This document shows, in pieces, positions 9,360 to 18,519 of a stretch of 64,000 nt of DNA (positions are counted from its first letter, which is position 1; each line of letters begins with the position of its first letter). The notes beneath the pieces are model-generated. The model was given only the letters and a program-made list of their open reading frames with translations. It searched no databases and had not been told where the DNA came from. This DNA comes from Patescibacteria group bacterium. Its GTDB lineage: Bacteria > Patescibacteriota > Patescibacteriia > UBA10025 > JAHIVO01. Where the stretch lies: NCBI GenBank assembly GCA_049325535.1, contig JBMOKY010000001.1:749942-813941 (forward strand), in the 5' to 3' direction. A program made the translations under genes and the position numbers.

Positions 9360-9965
9360 TCAGTCCGGTATGCCGTGTTCGAAATAGTTGGCGATGGCCT
9401 GATCATAGGCCTGGGTCAGGGCAAATGCCTTGGCCGCCAGTTCCCGCCGGTACTCCAGGTGCGTCTGTCCATCGAAAGAATCCAGGTGTGTGATCAGTGA
9501 CTGATAATCCGACGGTGACGTGATGACCACCACATCCCGGTGGTTCTTTGCGGCGGCGCGAATCAGCGAGGGTCCTCCGATATCGATGTTCTCGATGAGC
9601 TCAGCATCCGTGATGCCCGGCTGCCGGAGCTTTTCCTGGAACGGATACAGATTGACCACCACCAGATCGATGGGTGTGCCGCCGAGCTGTCCCAGCGCGT
9701 ACCAATCCTCCGTCTCCTCCCGACGGAAGAGGATCCCACCCGCGATACGCGGATGGATGGTTTTGACCCGACCGCCCATCACTTCCGGGGATCCGGTTAC
9801 CTCGCTGATCTTCGTGACCGGCAGACCGAGTTGCGTGATGGCGGCATACGTGCCCCCAGTCGATATGAGCTTGACCGGGCGGATGGCCAGAGCGGCTGTT
9901 AATGCGGTCAAATTGCTCTTTTCCGATACGGATATGAGCGCTGTCTTGATTGTCCGCAATTCCAT
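9360..9965 (-). CDS. Stand-alone IMP cyclohydrolase (PurH N-terminal MGS-like domain only)
   Basis: ALISVSEK, ISTGGT, GGRVKTIHP, VVNLYPF, ENIDIGGPSLIRAAAKN, YDQAIANYF; stops at 201 aa with no AICAR transformylase domain. Confidence 0.9.
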   Translation of the reverse strand: MELRTIKTALISVSEKSNLTALTAALAIRPVKLISTGGTYAAITQLGLPVTKISEVTGSPEVMGGRVKTIHPRIAGGILFRREETEDWYALGQLGGTPIDLVVVNLYPFQEKLRQPGITDAELIENIDIGGPSLIRAAAKNHRDVVVITSPSDYQSLITHLDSFDGQTHLEYRRELAAKAFALTQAYDQAIANYFEHGIPD

Positions 9966-10104
9966 GACGATTCCTCCATGGGAATAGGGTGTGTACGATG
10001 TATGTTTTTAATTTTATATTTCAGGTAATTGAATAACCTTAACCGATATGTATTTTTTATGCAAATATAAAAAACCCTCGCCTTCAAGCGAGGAACGATA
10101 GCGA

Positions 10105-10695
10105 CTACTCCAATCCCAGTGCTTGATTTGTTTCCCGATACACTCGGCTCAGCTCCTCTGGCAGCGGACCATCCAGTTTGGCATTGACCAGATCCACCAC
10201 CTGTCCGTGGAACCACTGCCGGCGCGCGATTGGCGCATTGAATTTCTGGAAAATATCCTGGCCATGGCGCTGGTAAGCATCCACCATGGAAATCATGTTG
10301 TGCAGTTTATCGGCGGCTACGATCATCAGCGCATCGGGACTGGCTTTGCGCAGGTGATTGATGAAATGGGACTTGCGTACCTCCCAGGTAGCGCGCTCAT
10401 CGGCCTGGCTCATATTGGGAATTTTTTCCGGTTCACTGACCTGCAGCACCAGACTGGCCACCCGCTTACCAAAATCACGGGCCATATCCGCGGATGAATA
10501 CCCGGCGACGTCTTCGATCACATCATGCAGTATGGTCGCCACGATGATATCCTCGTCCTGAGTGTGCTGGGAGATGATAAACGCAGCCGCATACGGATGA
10601 GTCACATACGGGATGTCGTCTGTTTTTCGCCGCTGTCCTTCGTGGAGCCGGGCAGCGGTCATAAACGCGCGATGGAGACGGAGGGTGAATTGCAT
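10105..10695 (-). CDS. HD-domain (p)ppGpp hydrolase-like protein (Mesh1/small alarmone hydrolase type)
   Basis: HEGQRRK...PYVTHP, ILHDVIED, ADKLHN; TATACT 6 nt before ATG 10695. Confidence 0.85.
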   Translation of the reverse strand: MQFTLRLHRAFMTAARLHEGQRRKTDDIPYVTHPYAAAFIISQHTQDEDIIVATILHDVIEDVAGYSSADMARDFGKRVASLVLQVSEPEKIPNMSQADERATWEVRKSHFINHLRKASPDALMIVAADKLHNMISMVDAYQRHGQDIFQKFNAPIARRQWFHGQVVDLVNAKLDGPLPEELSRVYRETNQALGLE

Positions 10696-10723
10696 GCTCT
10701 CAGTATACGACGCTTTGGAAAAT

Positions 10724-10762
10724 AAAAAAAGTGGCGCCTCTGCATATTGCATAACGCGCCAC
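10724..10762 (-). terminator. Terminator closing the radical SAM/peptide operon
   Basis: gtggcgc...gcgccac stem with adjacent A7. Confidence 0.7.
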
Positions 10763-10785
10763 ACTAGAAATTCGAGACCGGCGAC

Positions 10786-10881
10786 TTACTGCTTCGTGGC
10801 ACTTTTGGGCGGATTGCCCGGCTTCGTGACGACGACCTTAGTCACCTTCTTGCCGTCCAAGACGGCTTTACACTTGCTCAT
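10786..10881 (-). CDS. Unannotated 31-aa Lys-rich peptide, candidate RiPP precursor (MSKCKAVLDGKKVTKVVVTKPGNPPKSATKQ)
   Basis: ATG overlaps the upstream TGA (ATGA); SD GAAGGAGGTGA; terminator follows. Confidence 0.75.
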   Translation of the reverse strand: MSKCKAVLDGKKVTKVVVTKPGNPPKSATKQ

Positions 10882-12353
10882 GCCTTCACCTCCTTCAAAG
10901 AGCTGATGTTATTGTTCCCATCGGGGAACGTCGCGAGATCCTGTACCCTGCGGTACGTCTCGATTATTCGAGCATACAATTCCGGATTGATTCTGTCTAG
11001 TACCTGCAGCGCCCGACGCCGGAACTCATCGAGCATACCGGACCGCTCCAGGAAGCGAATGATCAGGCAATCGTGATGAATAGCCCAGATCAATTTCCCG
11101 TTGTCTTGCTCCTCAAACCCGATCGGATAGAGGCGGCAGGAAAAGGGGCGATCAGTATATACTCGGCACCGGCGCGGTTGCAGCGAACAAAGCTGGCTGC
11201 ACAGCGGTGACGGGACGGACACGTCGATGGATCCATCCGGCTTTTCCGGAAAAGAATGGATGTAATGGGCAGCATCGTTGACTGTAATGGTTTCGACGCC
11301 GCTTTCCTGCATCCGAGCCAATTCCTCGGGCATCAGCCAGACGTATCCCTGGCAGCATTTGTCCGTGCAGGTCCGGCATACCTCGGCAAACGGCGCGTAC
11401 AACGCGTCGAACGCCTGGTTGCATTCGTCCAATGATCGGATTTCCGGTTCCGGCGGGACCAGCGGACACCGAACCGGATGATTGACGATCAGTGTCACGT
11501 TCGGACTGGCCAGCACACGGTAGGAACACATGCTGTCCGCGCACCTGCCAACCAGATCGGTCTGTAACAGTTCATCCAGTGGCCGCTCCAGGATATGCCC
11601 CAGTGCGGCGCTGTGCGCGTGCTGCACCTGCTCACTGCAGAGGAACACCTGACCGTCAGAGCGCAGATATACAGCCGTACCGTCGGCCCAGCAACCGTCC
11701 GGTTCCCACGCAAGCGTTTCGCCGAAGTGTTCCTGCGCCGCACCGCTCACCCGGGTGACCAGTTCCTGACGCTGCACCTCAGACAGTCCGAGCCACGGCC
11801 AGAGCCGCGCCGCCCGTCCCGCCAGCGACACTTCGTTGATATGCAATCGCAGTCCGCGCTGATGCGCGTACGCAATGATATCATCAATGTCGCTCAGGGT
11901 CCGACGAATGACCGTCGTGTACACTGTCACCGGCACGCGATGAATGATTGCCCAATCGATCACTTTGACCACCTGGGAGTACGTCTGTCCGCCACGCACT
12001 GAATCATGCACCCGCGCCGTGGTCCCATCGAGACTGATTCCCATGGGTATATCGTACGACGCCAGGGTTCTGACATCCAATTCGGTTATCAGTGTGGCAT
12101 TGGTGATGACCGCTTGGGCGAGACCGATGGCGGCCGCTCGTTTCACTAGGGAAAAGAAATCCCGGCGTACGAACGGATCTCCTCCGGTCCAGCAGATGCG
12201 GCTCACGCCAGCAGCGAATAGGTGATCGATGACGGTATACGCTTCGACGGTCGTCAGCTCACCGACGCGGGGTAAACCGGAACACTGCACACAATGTGGG
12301 CAATGTAGATTACACCCATTGGTGACTTCCCAGTGGACATCACCTACCGGCAT
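10878..12353 (-). CDS. Radical SAM protein (twitch/SPASM-like) fused to a C-terminal YkgJ/CxxCxxCC cysteine-cluster domain
   Basis: CNLHCPHC, TGGDP, CWADG...DGQVFLC; then CRTCTDKCC...CRVYTDRPFSCRLYP; ATG 12353 after GGAGGT. Confidence 0.88.
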   Translation of the reverse strand: MPVGDVHWEVTNGCNLHCPHCVQCSGLPRVGELTTVEAYTVIDHLFAAGVSRICWTGGDPFVRRDFFSLVKRAAAIGLAQAVITNATLITELDVRTLASYDIPMGISLDGTTARVHDSVRGGQTYSQVVKVIDWAIIHRVPVTVYTTVIRRTLSDIDDIIAYAHQRGLRLHINEVSLAGRAARLWPWLGLSEVQRQELVTRVSGAAQEHFGETLAWEPDGCWADGTAVYLRSDGQVFLCSEQVQHAHSAALGHILERPLDELLQTDLVGRCADSMCSYRVLASPNVTLIVNHPVRCPLVPPEPEIRSLDECNQAFDALYAPFAEVCRTCTDKCCQGYVWLMPEELARMQESGVETITVNDAAHYIHSFPEKPDGSIDVSVPSPLCSQLCSLQPRRCRVYTDRPFSCRLYPIGFEEQDNGKLIWAIHHDCLIIRFLERSGMLDEFRRRALQVLDRINPELYARIIETYRRVQDLATFPDGNNNISSLKEVKA

Positions 12354-13695
12354 AGGCCACCTCCGATTCATCGAGCGCGCCTGCCAGAATAAACTGGGTC
12401 AGCGCGCAGCGAATCTCGAGTTCCGCGATGTCGGGAAACCGGGAAATAACCGATTGCTCGGTCGTAAGCCCCTCGTCGATGATGGCGCGCAGCACTTCCA
12501 GCGCGCCGTCGTTGAGGGTGACCGTCTGATACCGGGTCACCAGGAACTTTTCCGGATGACGGTCCAGTACCTTGGTATACCGATTGACGGTAAACTGCCG
12601 ATACGCATCGGGCACCTCAATCGACGGTTCCGGCCGTATCACGTTCGATACGTCGATGGGCGGTTTGGTCAGGCCGCGTACCGCATAATCGATGCAAAAT
12701 CGATCACTGCAGTTCGCGTCGACCTTACAACCACAGACGCATTCGCTCAGAAGCGGACATGAACGGCACGGTTCATCGACCCAGGACAGATCCCGAAAAA
12801 CACCCAGCGACCGTTTCCGCCAGATCACCTCGATCGGCTCGTCCAGCACATTGCCGAAGACCAGTTGGGACTGGTTGCACAGCCGGAAATCGCCCATCGG
12901 ATTGACCGCGCAAAACGTACTCCCGACGCCGCAATTGGACGTCATGCCCTCGCGCAGCAGCCGTTCATCGATGCAGTACGGTATAGCCGTGCCAAATCCG
13001 ACGCGGCCCCCGAGTGACGGAAAATCGTCACGAGCACGCAGCATCTGCGTCACTGCATCGCGAAACTGCTCCACGGTCGGTTTGAGCCGGGGGTCACTCG
13101 CGGAATGCTGGGCGCCGATACCGCCGTCCTCATACCGGTCGACGAATACCGACTCCATGCCGTGTTCCACGGCAACGCAGATGATATCGTAGATCTGGTG
13201 GGCATTGTACCCCGTCAAAACCGGGATGCACCGGACATCATGGCCGGCACCGACATAGTAATCGATCGAGCGAAGCGCCTGATCGAAACTACGCGGACGC
13301 TGGGTGATGAAATCATGGGCAGCCGCGGTCGCCCCGTGAATCGGAACGCCGAAACAGGCCAGACGGCAAGAAATGCCGCGCAGGGTGATGCGCCCATTGG
13401 TGACGATAGTCACCGACGAGTGGTCGCTCAAAAGCTCGATGTACTCATTGAGCTTGGCAACGCCCAGGAGACTCGGCTCACCGCCGATGAGATACACGTG
13501 CGGAATGTGGCTTGTGGACACTGACCGCACGATGCGATCGACCAGTTCCAGATTTGGCGGCTGGTCACGCAACGGATTGTAGCAGAAAATACAATCCGAA
13601 TTGCATTGGTACGTCAGCTCGATGTGGCACAGGTGCGGCACCGAATCATGCGGTACACACGCCAGTCCACATCCGGCGCAATTTTCTCTGTCCAT
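12340..13695 (-). CDS. Radical SAM/SPASM protein with C-terminal PqqD/RRE-like domain
   Basis: CNSDCIFC, IGGEP; SPASM CGVG...NPMGDFRLC...CRSCPLLSECVCGC; C-terminal LNDGALEVLRAI...LTQFILAGAL resembles an RRE. Confidence 0.9.
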   Translation of the reverse strand: MDRENCAGCGLACVPHDSVPHLCHIELTYQCNSDCIFCYNPLRDQPPNLELVDRIVRSVSTSHIPHVYLIGGEPSLLGVAKLNEYIELLSDHSSVTIVTNGRITLRGISCRLACFGVPIHGATAAAHDFITQRPRSFDQALRSIDYYVGAGHDVRCIPVLTGYNAHQIYDIICVAVEHGMESVFVDRYEDGGIGAQHSASDPRLKPTVEQFRDAVTQMLRARDDFPSLGGRVGFGTAIPYCIDERLLREGMTSNCGVGSTFCAVNPMGDFRLCNQSQLVFGNVLDEPIEVIWRKRSLGVFRDLSWVDEPCRSCPLLSECVCGCKVDANCSDRFCIDYAVRGLTKPPIDVSNVIRPEPSIEVPDAYRQFTVNRYTKVLDRHPEKFLVTRYQTVTLNDGALEVLRAIIDEGLTTEQSVISRFPDIAELEIRCALTQFILAGALDESEVAYAGR

Positions 13696-13771
13696 GACGG
13701 ACTCCTTTCAGTATATCATCAAAAGTTTCATGTGCTCCAAAAAAGGAGGGGGCAGCGCTGTTTCCACACCG

Positions 13772-14080
13772 CTACCCCGTGACTCCGTGCGACGAGATAC
13801 GAATAATTTCGTCCATGTCGTCCTCCGGCGCGGCCTTGTTTTTTCGTACATGACCGCACGTTTGACAACGCTGGACGATAACGAAATCGCCGCGTTTTTG
13901 CTCGATCGAGATCGGCTCCATCATGCCGAGACACTCGGCCTGACGGTCACCCGGATTGACGTCGACATGCTTCGACCACAAACACTTCGGACAGTGGTTG
14001 GTATACCCCGTACCGACGACTTCATGGCCACAATGTTCGCACGTAAAATCCTCGATCGTGCGGGTGAATTGTTTGGTCAT
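13772..14080 (-). CDS. RNHCP-domain protein
   Basis: FTCEHCG...TNHCPKCLWSKHVD.NPGDR...CLGMMEP...RCQTCG. Confidence 0.9.
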   Translation of the reverse strand: MTKQFTRTIEDFTCEHCGHEVVGTGYTNHCPKCLWSKHVDVNPGDRQAECLGMMEPISIEQKRGDFVIVQRCQTCGHVRKNKAAPEDDMDEIIRISSHGVTG

Positions 14081-14212
14081 TTGTTCGATTAAACCTCCGT
14101 ATTTCTCATTGTACTAAATTGTCAATGAGCTTCATAGTATATGCATATGGCTCACCATTGTCAAGCCCGCTTCCACCCGGAGGAAAATATGGAGCGGCAT
14201 AAAAAAGGGGGC

Positions 14213-14383
14213 TCAAACTTTTGAGCTCCCCGGCATATTCACAGGAAAGATGTCATGGCATCTGAGACAGACGGCTCCTCGGCCATCCCGTAATTCATCC
14301 AGCAGATGACCTTTTTCCATGCACTCGTTTTTCCCCTTATACACGTACCGTTTTCTCCTGCGAAAGAAGGTAAGTAATCGCAT
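14213..14383 (-). CDS. Small Cys/His protein (56 aa), putative zinc finger
   Basis: ATG 14383 after GGAGGT; CMEKGH...CLRC; TTGACA-17-TATACT at 14457..14429. Confidence 0.65.
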   Translation of the reverse strand: MRLLTFFRRRKRYVYKGKNECMEKGHLLDELRDGRGAVCLRCHDIFPVNMPGSSKV

Positions 14384-14428
14384 ATACCTCCATGGAAAGA
14401 ACACATCCCTATGTATGATTTACCGGCC

Positions 14429-14515
14429 AGTATAGCGCTGTACCGTACGGATGTCAATAGGTACTGAGGTAAATACGACCCAAGCATTGACACGGTCAAA
14501 TAGATGTGGTACCAT
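14429..14515. promoter_or_regulatory. Divergent pair of near-consensus sigma70 promoters
   Basis: Minus: TTGACA(14457-52)-17-TATACT; plus: TTGACA(14487-92)-17-TACCAT. Confidence 0.75.
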
Positions 14516-14569
14516 CATTCGCTACGCAAAAAAACAGCGTAGTGTTCATACCCAATAAGGAGGTATCCT

Positions 14570-14941
14570 GTGCAGCATCCAGACTGGATTTCTCAATTAC
14601 TTGAGCGGGCGGATATAGGAAAAACAGCCCGGAGTCTGAAGCCGCGCGCTTCGACCGAATCGGTCATCGGACGACTGCCACAGCGGCTCCAGAAACTCTG
14701 GGCCGCCTATACCCTCCAGGCCGACGGTGTGGCGAGTATTCTACGCGCCCTTGATGCGCAGCATGACTACACCCGGCCCATCTCTGGCGCAGAGCCACTG
14801 GAATGCCCGACCCTGACACACGAGACGAATAAACTTCGGCTCATGTACTGGGCATTCTGGCTCGCCGTTCACGACGAGTTCCGCATGTGCGGCAATCTCG
14901 GCGTACGCCAACACTGGCAGTTGGTCAGCATCCCTGACTAG
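14570..14941 (+). CDS. Hypothetical protein (123 aa)
   Basis: GTG after AAGGAGGT; promoter upstream; GC hairpin plus T-tract downstream. Confidence 0.7.
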   Translation: MQHPDWISQLLERADIGKTARSLKPRASTESVIGRLPQRLQKLWAAYTLQADGVASILRALDAQHDYTRPISGAEPLECPTLTHETNKLRLMYWAFWLAVHDEFRMCGNLGVRQHWQLVSIPD

Positions 14942-15002
14942 CGCACCAAAGCGCCACTGTCACCCGCCCCCACTGTTGCACCGCATCAGTCGGGGGCTTT
15001 TT

Positions 15003-15962
15003 TTATCCACGGCCAATGACGTAGGCCATATACCCGGCAAAAAGGATCAAATAGCCGACCCCCTGCCAGCGCTGCACCGTGTGTTTTTTACCGATGAACA
15101 TGGTGGCAAACAGCGCCAGGGTAGCTACGACGGCTACGCCTACGTCGACATTGATATTGGTATTGAATGGCAGCGGCAAAATGGTACTCGTCAACCCGAG
15201 TATCCAGAAAATATTAAATATGTTTGAACCAACGATATTCCCCACAGCTATGTCGTTTTGTTTGTGGATGGCGGCCACCACCGAAGTGGCCAGTTCCGGC
15301 AGCGAGGTGCCGATAGCCACGATGGTCAGGCCGATCAGCGCCTCTGACATGCCCACCAGCCGCGCCATGATCACTGCCTGATCGACTAATAGTTTTCCGC
15401 CAAAAAATAATGCCAGCAATCCGCCGATGATCATCGCACCGGCAACCAATCCGGAATACATTTTGATATTTTCAGTATCCTCCGGGGTATCACTGCGCGC
15501 CATACCGACCGTATAGTACATGAAAATAATAAACATGCTTATCAACAAAAACCCGTCCGTCCGGCTGAGTAAATCACGCGCTGCGCCATCAGTCGTGACG
15601 TCATTTCCCATTACCAGCACGAGTACTACCGCCAACAAGGCAAATGGTATTTCTTTCCAGGTGGTGCTTTTCTTGACGGCTAAGGGAGTGATGACGGCTG
15701 CCACCCCGAGAATCAATAAAATATTGGAAATATTGCTGCCGATGACATTCCCTACCGCCAGGTCGGCGCTGCCGCGTGCCGCGGAAAAAATGTTGACCAC
15801 CAGCTCCGGCATAGATGTACCAAAAGCCACGATCGTCAAACCGATGACCAGACTGGAAATGCCATACTTCTTGGCTACCGACGACGCACCACGCACCAAA
15901 AATTCTGCCCCACCAATCAGAATTCCCAGCCCTATCAATAGTAAGAGAACGTGAATAAACAT
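15003..15962 (-). CDS. Calcium/sodium antiporter (YrbG-like CaCA family)
   Basis: Two alpha-repeats, GTSMPE / GTSLPE and GNVIGSN / GNIVGSN. Confidence 0.95.
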   Translation of the reverse strand: MFIHVLLLLIGLGILIGGAEFLVRGASSVAKKYGISSLVIGLTIVAFGTSMPELVVNIFSAARGSADLAVGNVIGSNISNILLILGVAAVITPLAVKKSTTWKEIPFALLAVVLVLVMGNDVTTDGAARDLLSRTDGFLLISMFIIFMYYTVGMARSDTPEDTENIKMYSGLVAGAMIIGGLLALFFGGKLLVDQAVIMARLVGMSEALIGLTIVAIGTSLPELATSVVAAIHKQNDIAVGNIVGSNIFNIFWILGLTSTILPLPFNTNINVDVGVAVVATLALFATMFIGKKHTVQRWQGVGYLILFAGYMAYVIGRG

Positions 15963-16049
15963 GATACCGACACCAATGGATTATTATTAATTAGTATACC
16001 ATATCCTTCGGGCTGCTGTCCGAATAACCGCACCTACCACGTACCCAAT

Positions 16050-16436
16050 TCACGGCCGATATCTCCGTCCTTGTTCCCACCGGCGAACAGTCCTCTCATC
16101 CATACCCAGATAATGGCCTATCTCATGAAATACTACTTCGTGTACCTGCTGCCGCTGCAATTTGAGATCTGAGCCGGCGACCGCTTCGATTGCATCTTTA
16201 AATATCGTAATCTTATCCGGTAATACACCTGAATAATAAGCGCTCCGGTCTGGTAATGGCACCCCCTCATACAAACCAAGCAGGATGCCATGAGCTTGTA
16301 TTTCCTGCTCTTGCTGACGGGCCCGACGGGGCGTGTCCTCGATGACAAACGCGACGTTTTCGATTCGCTGCCGCACCGGAGCCGGCACCATGCGGATCGC
16401 TTCCTGGATATATTCTTCGCACTGTGTTCTGGTCAT
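16050..16436 (-). CDS. Minimal zincin-like metallopeptidase
   Basis: LLGLYEGVPL, PDKITIF, VFHEIGHYLG. Confidence 0.9.
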   Translation of the reverse strand: MTRTQCEEYIQEAIRMVPAPVRQRIENVAFVIEDTPRRARQQEQEIQAHGILLGLYEGVPLPDRSAYYSGVLPDKITIFKDAIEAVAGSDLKLQRQQVHEVVFHEIGHYLGMDERTVRRWEQGRRYRP

Positions 16437-16535
16437 AGCACTAGCAAGTATACCATACCGCAGGGTGCTCAAAAAAAAATACGGACCTGAGGGGGTCGGG
16501 TCCGTATGAATGGTGGGTACATAAGGGCGGATGGT

Positions 16536-16694
16536 TTATGTTGGCATTTGTGTTTTCGACGGTGAAACTGGTTCACCGCAGGTCCGACCGCCGAGACACG
16601 GAGCGGTAAAACCATTCAAATGCGGGGGCAATACGGTTTCTTCGGTTCCGTGAAAGAGCTGGTTGCAGAATAGGCACCGTACGGATTCGGTCAT
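16536..16694 (-). CDS. Unannotated 52-aa CxxC...H...C micro-protein
   Basis: MTESVRCLFCNQLFHGTEETVLPPHLNGFTAPCLGGRTCGEPVSPSKTQMPT; SD GGGAG; promoter-like sequence upstream; terminator at 16471..16506. Confidence 0.6.
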   Translation of the reverse strand: MTESVRCLFCNQLFHGTEETVLPPHLNGFTAPCLGGRTCGEPVSPSKTQMPT

Positions 16695-16887
16695 CGATAC
16701 TCCCAATGGTGAGGCTTTTTATTTTTTTATTAGGATGAGTATAGCGTAGTATCGCAATCATATCAAGCCCCAGGGAAGTGCATGAAGTGTCAGGCATTGA
16801 CAGATGCCATTCTATATCCTAGGGTTAGGTGAAAATGATATGCTCATTGAATCAATACGATACAAGAAAACCAAGAAGGAGGTTCTG

Positions 16888-17748
16888 GTGAGTACACATT
16901 TGGAACATGCGGAAATCAGGCGTCGGTTGGCAATCGTACTGGACTGCCTCCCTGCCCTGATGAACAGTGTTGCGGCCGCTTTTTACCGTGACATGCAGGT
17001 CATTTTCAAAGGCGGCAATCCGGGGGATCCGGTGACAAAAACCGATTCAGAGGTCCAGCAGACGCTGCTCAATCGAATCATGCCTGAATGTCCGCACGAC
17101 GGCGTACTGGGCGAAGAAGACGGCGTCGACACCCGTGCCGACCAGCGCTACATCTGGCTGATCGACCCGATCGACGGCACAACCAATTTCACCCGGCGGA
17201 ACCCGTGTTTCGTTATCTCGGTCGCCTGTTTCGATTCGGTCGCCCAGGATTTCGTACTGGGGGTCATCGCCATGCCTATCACCGGGGAAATCTTCTACGC
17301 CATGCGCGGAGAGGGTACTCGACTGCGCCAGCTCGGCCACGCGCCCGAAAACCCGGCTGACATCCGCATATCGGTGGATCTCCAGCTGCCCGCTCTGGCG
17401 CTGGCAACTGCCTCAGTTGGTTTCCACAGTCGCTCGGACGCCGGCAGAAAGGAAGGTCTCCCCTTCGTATCCCGTTTCGGACTCCTGGCCGGCAAACTGC
17501 GGGTCGAGGGCAGCGTCGCTTTTGCCATGACTCACGTCGCCTGGGGCAAACTCGGCCTGGCATCGTACAATACGAACATCTGGGACATGGCGGCTGCGGT
17601 CATTCTAGTGGAGGAAGCCGGCGGTCTCGTCACCGATATCGCTGGGCAGCCCATCCGATCGCTTCCCGATCGGCGGACGCGTATCTTCGCCACCACGCCC
17701 GCGCTCCATGCGGAAGTGCTGACGATCGCCCGGTCAGTGTCCGGCTAG
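16888..17748 (+). CDS. Inositol monophosphatase family (SuhB-like)
   Basis: LGEE, WLIDPIDGTTNF, WDMAAA; GTG after AAGGAGG. Confidence 0.92.
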   Translation: MSTHLEHAEIRRRLAIVLDCLPALMNSVAAAFYRDMQVIFKGGNPGDPVTKTDSEVQQTLLNRIMPECPHDGVLGEEDGVDTRADQRYIWLIDPIDGTTNFTRRNPCFVISVACFDSVAQDFVLGVIAMPITGEIFYAMRGEGTRLRQLGHAPENPADIRISVDLQLPALALATASVGFHSRSDAGRKEGLPFVSRFGLLAGKLRVEGSVAFAMTHVAWGKLGLASYNTNIWDMAAAVILVEEAGGLVTDIAGQPIRSLPDRRTRIFATTPALHAEVLTIARSVSG

Positions 17749-17810
17749 ATATCCGCACACCCCAAACCACGACTCCCGAGCATCTCGTCGGGAGTCTTTT
17801 TTTTACACGA

Positions 17811-18509
17811 CTAGACGATCCCTTTTGCCAGCGAGCCGACGATAAGCCCGATGGCCATGGCCACGCCGCCAAGTATCATGATGCGTAATCCCGCCTTGAC
17901 CCAGTTCACCTTGGTCAATTTGGTCGTCGCCGCGCCTAATCCAAATAACCCGATGAGTGTGATTCCGATCGAAATCGGCAATGCCTGCGCTACCCCGAGC
18001 AACAAATACGCTACCAAGGGGACCGTGCCACCGATGATATACGCGCCAAACATGTAAAACCCATTGCGCAGTGGCGCGGCGCGCATCGTGCCTGCAATAT
18101 TCAGCTCCCGATATGCCATCTCCTGAAGCATGAGGTGGCGATCCCCCGCTGCCGTTTCGGTCATCTGTCGCGCGAGGTGTGGCGGCCAGCCGTCACGGAT
18201 GAACATACGCTCCAGCTCATGCTGCTCCTCATGCGGATAGTCTTTTATTTCTTCCCGTTCCTCATGTAAATAGCGGTGGTGCAGCTCTGACTGCGAACGG
18301 TTCGATAAATACGAACCGACACCCATAGAGATCGACTCCACGGCAATGATCACCAACCCCGCCAATACGATCGTGAAATGATCCTGGCTACCAATAGCGA
18401 TACCGGTCACGGCTCCCAGTGTAGAAACCATGCCGTCCTCCATGCCAAATACAATCTCACGGAGTGATGCGCCGATCGCCTGAACGGATTGATGATTATA
18501 TTTCGTCAT
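17811..18509 (-). CDS. VIT1/CCC1 family Fe/Mn transporter
   Basis: EIVFGMEDGMVSTLG, SMGVGSYLS, Glu-rich cytoplasmic loop. Confidence 0.92.
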   Translation of the reverse strand: MTKYNHQSVQAIGASLREIVFGMEDGMVSTLGAVTGIAIGSQDHFTIVLAGLVIIAVESISMGVGSYLSNRSQSELHHRYLHEEREEIKDYPHEEQHELERMFIRDGWPPHLARQMTETAAGDRHLMLQEMAYRELNIAGTMRAAPLRNGFYMFGAYIIGGTVPLVAYLLLGVAQALPISIGITLIGLFGLGAATTKLTKVNWVKAGLRIMILGGVAMAIGLIVGSLAKGIV

Positions 18510-18519
18510 CAACGGTACA

